Both the position numbers and the translations under genes were made by a program. DNA of 64,000 bases. Source: Sulfuritalea sp. GTDB taxonomy: Bacteria; Pseudomonadota; Gammaproteobacteria; Burkholderiales; Rhodocyclaceae. A model generated the notes under the pieces. The model saw only the letters and a list, made by a program, of their open reading frames with translations, searched no databases and had not been told where the DNA came from. Every line of letters begins with the position of its first letter. Within the stretch, counting starts at the first letter, position 1. The stretch lies in NCBI GenBank assembly GCA_023700805.1, contig JAMPYF010000004.1, forward strand, positions 9,341 to 73,340, written 5' to 3'. Below are positions 1 through 10,200 of this stretch, piece by piece.

Positions 1-1
1 G

Positions 2-346
2 CTCTACATCAACCAGTTCCCGGACGTGAAGGCCGATGCCGGCGCGGGCAAGAACACCCTGGTGGTGCGTCTGGGCGTGGCGCGGGCGCGCTGGGGCTAT
101 GTGCTGATTGCCGTGCTGGCCTACGGCTGGCCCTTGCTGATGGTGCTGCTGGGTCATCTGCCGCTGCCGGCGCTGCTCGCGCTGCTGCCCGCTGCCGCCA
201 GCATCGCCGCGGCGCGCCGGCTCTGGTCCTGTGCGGCGCGGCCGGCGGAACTCACGCCCGCGCTCAAGCTGACCATTCTTGCCGCGAGCGCTCACGGCCT
301 GTTGCTGGCCATCGTGCTGAGCCTGCCATGGAGTCGTGCGGCCTGA
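2..346 (+). CDS. UbiA/MenA-family prenyltransferase, 3' part (5' end outside window)
   Basis: Frame from nt 2 reads LYINQFPDVKADAGAGKNTLVVRLG, the second Asp-rich motif of MenA/UbiA, followed by TM helices. Confidence 0.8.
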   Translation, partial: LYINQFPDVKADAGAGKNTLVVRLGVARARWGYVLIAVLAYGWPLLMVLLGHLPLPALLALLPAAASIAAARRLWSCAARPAELTPALKLTILAASAHGLLLAIVLSLPWSRAA

Positions 347-1590
347 ACGGGTACACGGCGTCCGGCCTGAAGCCCGAAGCTCGCCTGCGCCGCGCCGGAC
401 TGTGCCTGCTGGCCTGTCTGGCGCTGCCGGCTCTCGCCGCGGCGCCGCTGCCGCTGCAGCCGCTGATCGATGCCGCGCCGGCCGGCGCCACGCTGCGCCT
501 GGCGCCGGGTGCCTACGCCGGCCCGGTGCATATCAGCCGGCCGTTGACCCTGGATGGCGGGCGGCAGGCCGTCATCGTCGGCAACGGCCGCGGCACGGTG
601 CTCTCGGTCGCCGGCAACGGCGTCACGCTGCGCGGCCTGCGCCTGACCGGCAGCGGCGAACTGCACGACCACGTCGATGCCGGCATCCTGCTGGAGGGCG
701 ACGACCATCGCGTCGAGGACAACCAGCTCGACGACGTGCTGTTCGGCATCCACCTCAAGCAGGTGCGCCGCTCGCGCATCGCCGGCAACCGCATCACCGG
801 CAAGGATCTCGCGCCGGCCATGCGCGGCGATGGCCTGCGCGTCTGGTACAGCCAGCACAACCTGATCGAGGGCAACCATTTCACGCGCGCGCGCGACCTG
901 ACCTTCGCCAACTCGGCGGACAACCGCATCGTCGGCAACGAATTCAGCCACGGCCGCTACGGCATGCACATCATTTTTTCGCCGCGGCTGCTGGTCGAGA
1001 ACAACCGCCTGACCGCCACCGGCACCGGCATCGTGGTGCTGTATTCGCCGGGCCTGGTGCTGCGCGGCAACCATGTCGCGCATGCCCTGACCGACGGCGG
1101 TGGCGGCATCGTGTTCAAGGAAAGCGACGATGCCCTGGTCGAGCACAACGAAGTCCTGCACTGCTCGGTCGGGCTGCGGATCGACGCACCGCCGCAGTCG
1201 CTCGGGGCGCTGACGGTGCGCCACAACCGCTTTGCCCACAACGTCGTCGGCATGTTCTTCTACGGCGAGGAGGGCGGCCACCGCATTCACGACAACCGCT
1301 TCGAAAACAACCTGAACACGGTGGCGATCAGCGCGCCGGGCGCCGGCAGCGCCAACGTCTGGCGCGGCAATTTCTGGGATGAATACCGGGGCTTCGACCG
1401 CAACCGCGACGGCGTCGGCGACACGCCGCACGAGCTGCGGCTGTATGCCGATCGAATCTGGATGGAAACCCCGATGACGACTTTTTTCCGCAACTCCCCG
1501 GCGCTCGAAATCCTGGATTTCCTCGAGCGTCTGGCGCCGTTCTCCTCGCCGCATCTCGTGCTGCGCGATCCCGCGCCACGCATGCGTTGA
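328..1590 (+). CDS. nosD: NosD-family periplasmic beta-helix protein (N2O reductase maturation)
   Basis: Signal peptide, parallel beta-helix repeats, C-terminal GNFWDEYRGFDRNRDGVGDTPH motif. Confidence 0.85.
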   Translation: MESCGLNGYTASGLKPEARLRRAGLCLLACLALPALAAAPLPLQPLIDAAPAGATLRLAPGAYAGPVHISRPLTLDGGRQAVIVGNGRGTVLSVAGNGVTLRGLRLTGSGELHDHVDAGILLEGDDHRVEDNQLDDVLFGIHLKQVRRSRIAGNRITGKDLAPAMRGDGLRVWYSQHNLIEGNHFTRARDLTFANSADNRIVGNEFSHGRYGMHIIFSPRLLVENNRLTATGTGIVVLYSPGLVLRGNHVAHALTDGGGGIVFKESDDALVEHNEVLHCSVGLRIDAPPQSLGALTVRHNRFAHNVVGMFFYGEEGGHRIHDNRFENNLNTVAISAPGAGSANVWRGNFWDEYRGFDRNRDGVGDTPHELRLYADRIWMETPMTTFFRNSPALEILDFLERLAPFSSPHLVLRDPAPRMR

Positions 1591-1625
1591 GCCTGCAATC
1601 CATATCGCAAACCAAGGAAGACCTC

Positions 1626-1982
1626 ATGAAACCATCGCGAACCACTCTGCTGCTGCTCATCGCCGTGCTGTCAGCGCCAACTCTTGCCGCCGACGCCGAG
1701 GCCGGCCTGCTGGCGATCAAGGCGCTCGGCAAGCTGAACGGCCAGGCGCTGGCCTGTGCCCAGATGCCGGCCGCCGCGCGGGCCAAGTCGCTGATGCTGG
1801 CCCATGCGCCGAAGACCCAGCGCTTCGGCGACGCCTACGAGGAAGCCACCCAGGCCGCCTACCTGGCGCAGACGCGCGCGGCGGACCCCTGCCCGGAGCC
1901 CCTGAGCGTCATCGACCAACTCAATCGGCTGGCGCTGCAACTGGCCGCGACACTTCCCGTCGGCGGCGCGGCGTCGAAGTAG
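1626..1982 (+). CDS. small exported protein with two Cys
   Basis: RBS AAGGAAG before ATG 1626; signal peptide; operonic spacing. Confidence 0.7.
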   Translation: MKPSRTTLLLLIAVLSAPTLAADAEAGLLAIKALGKLNGQALACAQMPAAARAKSLMLAHAPKTQRFGDAYEEATQAAYLAQTRAADPCPEPLSVIDQLNRLALQLAATLPVGGAASK

Positions 1983-1983
1983 C

Positions 1984-2598
1984 ATGGTCCGCCTGTCCGC
2001 GGCTGCGGTTCTTCTTGCGGCGCTGTGCCGCGGCCCGCTGGCGGCGGCGCAGTCCGCGCCGCCATCCGCGCATCTGCTCGGGGCGGAAGTGCCGGCCGGC
2101 ATCGCGCCGCGCTACCTGCTGATGAGCCCGCAGGGCCGGGCGGTGAGCCAGGAGGATTTTCGCGGGCGTTTCCAGTTGGTGACTTTCGGCTTCGTCTCCT
2201 GTCCGGACGTCTGCCCGACCACGCTGCTGGAGTTCCGGCACGTCCTGGCATTGCTCGGCGAACGGGCCGCGCGCCTGCAGGCGATCTTCATCACCGTCGA
2301 CCCGGAACGCGACACGCCCGCGGTGCTGCGCGAATATACGGCTGCCTTCGATTCCCGCATCCTCGGCCTGAGCGGCTCGGCCGAGCTGGTGCGGCGGGCG
2401 GCGGACAGCTTTCGCGTGCAGTACGAACAGGTGCGCGAGCCGGGCGCGGCACCCGGCCAATACACCATGAACCATACCGCCGGCATGTACCTGCTCGACG
2501 GCCGCGGACAGTTCCTGACCAAGTTCGCCTATGCCATGCCGGCCGCGGAAATCGCCGCCCGGATCGGCGCGGCCATGACGGCCGCCGGCATTCCCTGA
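1984..2598 (+). CDS. SCO1/SenC copper chaperone
   Basis: FGFVSCPDVCPT, ITVDPERD, conserved His in MNHT. Confidence 0.92.
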   Translation: MVRLSAAAVLLAALCRGPLAAAQSAPPSAHLLGAEVPAGIAPRYLLMSPQGRAVSQEDFRGRFQLVTFGFVSCPDVCPTTLLEFRHVLALLGERAARLQAIFITVDPERDTPAVLREYTAAFDSRILGLSGSAELVRRAADSFRVQYEQVREPGAAPGQYTMNHTAGMYLLDGRGQFLTKFAYAMPAAEIAARIGAAMTAAGIP

Positions 2599-2610
2599 GC
2601 GCGGGCGACC

Positions 2611-3927
2611 TTGTCCAGTTTGGGCACTGCCGGCCGGCGCCATTTTCTCGCCGCGAGTCTCGGTCTCGGCGGTGCGCTGCTGGCGCCGCTTGTGCTCGGC
2701 AGATCCCTGCCCGAACTCCTGCCGCCCGCCGGCACCCGCCGCGTGCTGATCGTCGGCGGCGGCTGGGGCGGGCTCACGGCCGCGCGCCGCCTGCGCCAGC
2801 TGGCGCCGGAGCTGGATGTCGTGCTGATCGAGCGGCAGGCGAGCTTCCGCTCGCTGCCGCTGAGCAACAAATGGCTGGTCGACAGAACGCCCGATGCGCT
2901 GATGCAACAGGACTACGGCCGGGTCGCGGAAGCCCATGGCTATCGTCTGATCCGCGCCGAAGTCACGGCGATCGACCGCGAACAGCGCCGCGTCCAAACC
3001 GCGCAGGGAACGCTGGGCTACGACTGGCTGATACTCGCGGCGGGCATACGCCACGATTACGGCGCCTGGTTCGGCGACGAGGTGGGCGCCGCCGACGCGG
3101 CGCGAAAGCTTTTCCCCGCCGGCTTCATGGCCGACGAACTCGATGCCGTGAAGCGCAAGCTGGCCGAATTCAAGAGCGGCGACCTGCTGATGACCATTCC
3201 GCCGCCAGCGGCGCGCTGCCCGCCGGCGCCTTACGAGCGGGCCGTGATGATCGCCTGGCTGCTCAAGACGCGGCGCATCCGGGGCCGCCTGATCCTGGTC
3301 GATCCCGGCGGCGGCATGCAGCGCTTCAACCGCGTGTTCGCCGAACGCTACAAGGATCAGATCGTGCATCTGACGCATGCGCCGGTGAAGTCCGTCGATC
3401 CCTTCCGGAAGACCCTGAGCACCGAATTCGACGAGATCAACTTCGACGATGCGATCCTGATACCGCCGCAGCAGGCAGCCGGCCTGGTCGGGCAGGCCGG
3501 GCTGGTGGAGCGCGATGCGGCGGGCCAGCCCGGCGGCTGGGCCGAGTTCGATCCGCTGCATCTGCACGCGATCGGCGACGAGCGCGTATTCCTGGTCGGC
3601 GACCTGCTGGGCAAAGTCTCGCCGCTGTTCGGCCACTATCCGAAGAGCGCACACATGGCCTGTCATCTCGGCCGCATCGCCGCCGCCGAAATCGCCGCGC
3701 GCGCCCAGGGCAAGGCACCGCCGCAGCTATTGCCCGAGAGTATTTGCCATGTGCATACCGACGCCGAACCGATGGAAATGCTGCGCATCGACGCCAGCTA
3801 CCGCCGGCGCGGCGATGGTCTGATCACCCAAGCCGTGCGCCAGCACGAAGACCCCCAGCCGCGCGGCGAGGACGCGCAGTGGGCGCAGGCGCTTTACGGG
3901 GAAATGCTGGCGCCGCAGCCGTTCTAG
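2611..3927 (+). CDS. Tat-exported flavocytochrome c sulfide dehydrogenase flavoprotein-like (FccB/SoxF family)
   Basis: RRHFL Tat motif, VLIVGGGWGG FAD motif, RCPPAPYERA, PKSAH, ESICH. Confidence 0.8.
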   Translation: MSSLGTAGRRHFLAASLGLGGALLAPLVLGRSLPELLPPAGTRRVLIVGGGWGGLTAARRLRQLAPELDVVLIERQASFRSLPLSNKWLVDRTPDALMQQDYGRVAEAHGYRLIRAEVTAIDREQRRVQTAQGTLGYDWLILAAGIRHDYGAWFGDEVGAADAARKLFPAGFMADELDAVKRKLAEFKSGDLLMTIPPPAARCPPAPYERAVMIAWLLKTRRIRGRLILVDPGGGMQRFNRVFAERYKDQIVHLTHAPVKSVDPFRKTLSTEFDEINFDDAILIPPQQAAGLVGQAGLVERDAAGQPGGWAEFDPLHLHAIGDERVFLVGDLLGKVSPLFGHYPKSAHMACHLGRIAAAEIAARAQGKAPPQLLPESICHVHTDAEPMEMLRIDASYRRRGDGLITQAVRQHEDPQPRGEDAQWAQALYGEMLAPQPF

Positions 3928-3945
3928 TCGAAGCAGGGGCATGTG

Positions 3946-3993
3946 GGGCGGAGTTCAGTCGGCCGTTCCACCGTGGCGGACTGAACTCCGCCC
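3946..3993. repeat. REP-like 15-bp perfect inverted repeat
   Basis: GGGCGGAGTTCAGTC (3946-3960) / GACTGAACTCCGCCC (3979-3993), preceded by GTGG. Confidence 0.75.
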
Positions 3994-3995
3994 TT

Positions 3996-4060
3996 CGTGG
4001 TATAGGCCTCGCGGCGAATTTTGCGGTCCTGGCTGGCGTTGCCGAAGATAGCGCAGGCCG
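3996..4060 (-). pseudogene. 65-bp degenerate copy of part of the DUF411 gene (11728-11792)
   Basis: Manual ungapped alignment: 57/65 identical to 11728-11792. Confidence 0.75.
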
Positions 4061-4239
4061 GGCTTGCGGCCTGTGGTGACGATCCCCTGGCGTATTTCCT
4101 TATTACGAGTAATGGTTTTACCTGAAAGCAGGTATCATGAAATAAAAAACGTCTTTATTTCAGTTAGTTGCTATGCCTTTGGTGATACACGAGGAGCAGC
4201 TGGAAAGAGTGTGCCAAAGCGGAAACCATGGGAAATTAG

Positions 4240-7200
4240 ATGGCCAATACAGCACCGACATTCACCGCGGGATACGGCAAGCTCACCACCGATTTCGGCG
4301 CCAAAGGAGATGCCGGCTACAGTCTGGCCGTGCAGGCGGACGGCAAGTTTGTCGTCGTTGGTCGTAGCGACAACGGCAGCAACTATGACATTGCTGTCGC
4401 ACGCTACAACGCCGACGGATCATTGGACACCAGCTTCAGCGGCGACGGCAAAGTCACCACGGGCATAGGGACCGGCGATGATTCGGGTCAGAGCGTTGCG
4501 ATACAGGCCGACGGCAAGATTCTGGTGGCGGGTTACAGCTACAACGGCAGCAATAACGATTTCGCGGTGGTTCGCTACAACGTTGATGGCAGCCTCGATT
4601 CGACCTTCAGCGGCGACGGCAAGCTCACCAGGGCAATCGGCAGCGGCTATGACATGGCCTCCGCAGTTACGATCCTGGCGGACGGCAAGATACTTGTCAC
4701 TGGCAGCGCCCAGAACGGCAACGCCTATGACACCGCCTTTCTGCGCTACAACCCCGATGGATCGCCAGACACCAGCTTCGATGGCGATGGAATCCTTACG
4801 TCCGCAAACCGCGGCAGCAACGACACCGGCGAAAGCGTGGCGGTGCTGTCCGATGGCAAGGTATTGATCGCCGGTTTCGGCTACAACGGCAGCAATAACG
4901 ACTTCGCCCTGACACGCTACAACGCCGACGGTAGCCTCGATACCGGGTTTGGCACCGATGGCAAAGTCACTACCGCCGTTGGCCAGCGCGATGATATTGG
5001 CCACGGCATTGCGATCCAGCCCGACGGCAAGATTCTCGTGGCGGGAAGCACCTGGGTGCCGACCAACCCCGACGACATCTACTTCAACACCGATTTCGCG
5101 CTGGCACGCTACAACGCCGACGGCAGTATCGATAGCACGTTCGGCGCGGATGGCGTAGCCACTGTCAATGTTCGCAGAACCCGCGCCAGCGATGATGCGT
5201 TCACCGTCCGTGTGCTCGATGACGGCAAGATACTGGTGGCCGGCACCAGCGATATCGGGCTCTTTGCCGATTTCGGTCTGGCTCGCTTCAATGCCGACGG
5301 CAGCGTCGATACCAGTTTCGGCGCAGCCTATTCGCTGGGCGGCACGGTGGCCTTCGCTACATCCGGTGCGGCCGTGGTGCTGGACAGCAGCGTGACGATC
5401 GCCGACGCCGAACTCGATGCCCGCAACGGGGGTGCCGGCGACTACGCCGGCGCCGTAGTGACACTAGCGCGTCACGGCGGCGCTAGAAGCGATGACGTCT
5501 TTGACTTCGCTGCGACCGGTGCTGCATTTACCGTCGCCGGCGACAGCCTGCTCGCCGGCGGCTTGGCCTTCGCCACCTGGAGCCAGAACAATGGATCGCT
5601 GAGCATCGTCTTCACCAGCAGCGGGACGGTGGCGACCAATGCACTGGTGGACAATGTGCTGGAACACATCGGCTACCGCAACATGAGCTTTGCGCCCCCG
5701 GCGTCGGTGCAGATCGACTGGACCCTTACCGACAGCCACGTCATTGCCGGTGAGCCATTCCCTTCCCTTATGGACATGCCCCGCAGCGTCACCGGCAGCA
5801 CTACGGTAAGCATTACGGCGATCAGCCATTCCAACACCGCCCCCGAATTCAGCACGCTGCCGCCGGGTATCGTCACGACGCCGGTTGGAACCGGCCGCGA
5901 CGAAGCGCGCGCCGTCACCCTGCAAGCCGACGGCAAACTTCTAGCGGCGGGCTACAGCTACAACGGCAGCAATTCCGACTTCGCCCTGGTGCGCTACAAC
6001 CCGGACGGCAGCCTCGACACCAGCTTCAGCGGCGACGGTAAGCTCACCAACGCGATCGGTTCGAGCAACGACTACGTCTACAGTGTCACTACGCAGGCAG
6101 ATGGCAAGATTCTGGTCGCGGGAAAGACTTACATCGGTGCGACGGGTATTGTTCTCAATAGTGTGGGCGGCAGCAGTGCCGACTGGAGTTCGGCGCTGGC
6201 TCGCTACAACGCGGATGGCAGCCTGGACACCACCTTCAGCGGGGACGGAAAGCTCACCACCACGTTCGGCAGCAACGACACCGTGGGACGGAGCCTTGCC
6301 GTGCAAGCCGATGGCAAGATACTGGTCGCCGGGTACAGCGGCAGCACCCACAGCAATTTCGCCCTGTTGCGTTACAACGCCGACGGCAGCCTCGATACTG
6401 GTTTCGATGCGGACGGTGGAGTCACCACGGATATCGGCTATACCAGCAACGACTACGGCACGGCGGTCGCAGTGGAGGCGGATGGCAGGATCGTGGTCGC
6501 CGGCAGCAGCAATGGCGACTTCGCCGTGGCCCGCTACAACGGCAACGGCAGCCTCGATACGAGCTTTAGCGGCGATGGCCGGCTGACTACCGCCATCGGT
6601 ACCGGCAATGACGAGGGACAATGCCTGGCGCTTCAGGCCGATGGCAAGATTCTCGTCGCGGGAAGCAGCAACAACGGCAGCAACGGCGATTTTGCCGTGG
6701 TCCGCTACAACGCCGACGGCAGCCTCGATGCCGGCTTCGGCGGCGATGGAATCGTGACCACCGCCATTGGCAGCGCCTATGATTCGGCCGAGAGCATGGC
6801 CTTGCAGGCAGACGGCAAGGTCGTGGTGGCAGGCTACAGCTGGAACGGCCACGATTATGACGTGGCACTGGTGCGTTACAACAGCGACGGCAGTCTCGAC
6901 ACCAGTTTCAGTGGTGACGGCCTGGTCACCACGGATGTCAATGCCGTCAACAACTATGGCTACAGCGTTGCCGTGCAAGCGGACGGCAAGATCGTGGTGG
7001 CGGGGCAAAGTTACAAGGCCGGCAGCCCTTACTCGGACTCCGACTTCGCCGTCATCCGCTACAACGGCGACGGCAGTCTCGACACAACTTTCGAGTCCGC
7101 ACCAACGACCGATGCAGCCAGACTGTTCCACGCCGGCGGCGCACCCATCCTGCTCGACACCAGTCTGGCTTTCAGTGATGCCGAACTGGATGTCTTGAAC

Positions 7201-10200
7201 GCTGGCGCGGGCGATTACGCCGGTGCGTCGGTAACGCTGGCCCGCTTTGGCGGCGCCAATGCCGACGACGTGTTCAGCTTCGATTTTTCCGGAAGTTCGA
7301 TTTCTATCACGGGAAACTACTTACTGAGCGCAGGACAGGCCTTCGCCAGCTTCGGCCAATCCGCCGGCACGCTTGTCATATCCCTCGATAGCAGCGAAAC
7401 CGTCGCGACGCATGCGTTGTTGCAGGAAACGCTCGAACACATCACTTACCAGAATACAAATGCAGCCCCTCCGGCGGGGGTACGAATCGAGTGGACTCTC
7501 AACGATGGCAATACCGGTGACCAGGGCCTGGGTCAAGCTCTCGGTACGTCCGGCAGCAGTGTGGTGGCAGTTTCGGCAGCGGCATACTCGCCTGCGCTTG
7601 GCCGCCTTATTGCCGACCAAGCGGTGATCGAAGGGCTGGCCTTCAGTCTTGCGCTGCCCGCCGATACCTTTGTCGATGGCGATGCCGGCGACAGCCTCAG
7701 TTACAGCGCGTCCCTCGCGAACGGCGCCGCCCTGCCGCCCTGGCTTGTCTTTGACCCCGGCACGCGCACTTTCAGCGGTACGCCAATGCTGGCGGATTTG
7801 GGTTCCATCGAAGTCCAGATTAGTGTCGCGGATCAGAGCGGTCACACGGCGAGCGGGACATTTGGCATTGCTGTCGCTCTCACCACGATTCAGGGCAGTG
7901 ACTGGCATAACGTGCTGACCGGTGGCAACTCCAACGAGGCCATCGTTGGCCTCGCGGGCGACGACATTCTCGACGGCGCTGCCGGCAGCGACACCCTGAG
8001 CGGCGGGGCCGGCAGCGACATCTTCCGCTACACCGCCAAGACCGATTCGACAGCGGCGGCGATGGACGTCATCACCGATTTCGCCGGCGGGGACACGCTC
8101 GACTTCGTCGGCATGCACGGAATCACCCGGCAGCCACTCGCCTATGCCTACCAGACGGATGTCGCGACGACGCTCGCAGGAATACAGGCCGACGCCTCCA
8201 TAAGCAATACCACGGTGTTTTTCGACGATGGCAACAATGGCTATCTCTACATCAAGGGCAGCGGCAGCGGCGTCGACTTCGATGGCAGCTTGATCCAACT
8301 GGCGGGACATGTCGCGACACTGGGGCCACACGAGACGGGACTCAACGCGGCGCCCACGATCTCGGGCACAACAACGCTGGCGGATATCGCCGAGGATTCC
8401 TTACCTGCAGCTATTCGCATCTCGACCTTGTTGGCCGGTACCGATTTTGCCGACGCCGATTCCGGGGATTTGCAGGGTATCGCCGTCGTTGGCGCCGCGA
8501 CTTCATCCCTAGGCGTGTGGACGTATTCTACCGACGGCAGTGCCTGGAACCTTCTGTTTAATACTTCGTCTTCAGAAGCGGTGCTTCTCGATGCGAACAG
8601 CGAGATCCGCTTCCAGCCATTGCCTAATAGTGCGGGCACTGCCAGCCTCACGCTGCGTGCCTGGGATCAGACCTCCGGAATTGCCTCGACCCACGAGCTG
8701 CCGCAGTTCGCCAATACTTGGATCAACGGCGCGACTACGGCGTTTTCGAGCGGCACGCATGACCTGCAGGTCACCGTTACTCCGACCAACGATGCACCCT
8801 CCCTTCGCCTTGGCGCAACCAAGGCCAGCACCTACTCCGGGCCAGACTATGCGGGCGCACGCAGCATCGGCATTCAGTCGGACGGCAAGATCGTGTTGGT
8901 CGGCGGCAAGACTGACGGCTACCAGACCGACCATGCCGATTTTGTCGTGGCGCGCTTCGATGTCGATGGATCGCTCGATACAAGTTTCGGTGTTGACGGC
9001 AAGGTGACAACGGATATCCGCTCCGGAGTTGACTGGGCAAGAGATGTCGCCATCCAACAAGACGGCAAGATTGTGGTGGCAGGTTACGGAAAGGAAGCGA
9101 ATGGCGACGACTCGGATGTTGTCGTGGTCCGCTATAACGTCGATGGCAGCCTGGATACGAGTTTCAGCGGCGATGGCAAACTCACCACTGACTTGGGCTC
9201 GTGGAGGGGGGACTCGGCCTACAGCATTGCCGTCCAGGACGACGGCAAGATCCTGGCCGCTGGAAACAGCAGCGCCGGTTTCATGGCGATCGGGAACGAT
9301 TTTGCCCTGGTCCGTTACAACCCGGACGGTACGCTGGATACCAGCTTCAATGGGGATGGCATTGCCACCGCCGGTTTCATGGGTGGCACGTATCTCAAAG
9401 AAAAGGATATTGCTATTCTTGGCGATGGCAAGATTCTCATTGCCGGCACCGCGGGTGTCCTTGATGACGCCACCTTTGCTATGGCACGCTTCAATGCGGA
9501 TGGATCGCTGGATACCGGCTTCAGTGGCGATGGCAAGCTGACGACCGATATTGGCGCCACCGGTTACGACTACGCATCTGCCCTTGCCGTTCAAGCCAAT
9601 GGGAAGATATTGCTGGCTGGCCAATCGGATCATCAACTCGCGCTCGCGCGCTACAACATCGATGGCAGCCTGGATGCCGATTTCAGTGGAGACGGCATAG
9701 TCACCACAGCGCTGCAGTCGATATTTTCACTTGATGTCAAGGGCATTGTTGCGCAGGATGACGGCAAGATCCTGGTGTCCGGCTACAGCTCCATCCTCGC
9801 TGTTTTCTCCTTCCCTTTGGCTTCTGAACCGACGACGGAAATTGCCCCCGGCGTAACGATTCCGGCAGGACAGAATCCTGCCCTACTGGTGCGCTACAAC
9901 GCCGACGGCACGTTGGATACGGGTTTCGGAAGCGGCGGCATTCTCGTCGCAAATGCCGGTGGCGTTGCAGAGGTTCAGCCCGACGGCAAGATTCTCGTCA
10001 CCGGTGGCGACGGATTCGCCCTGGCGCGGTACAACAGTGACGGTACAGTGGATTCGAGCTTCGGCATTCCGACTTTCCGGGAGCAGGGTGCGCCCGTAAT
10101 TCTCGACCGCACGGCCAGAGTCTCCGACCTCGAACTTGATGCCACGGGAAACTATGCTGGTGCCTCGCTGACACTCACCCGCCACGGCGGCGCCGATGCC

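Noticed and set aside
4300-10060. CRISPR-like periodic repeats
   Set aside because: The repeats are in-frame protein repeats with synonymous variation, and no cas genes are present
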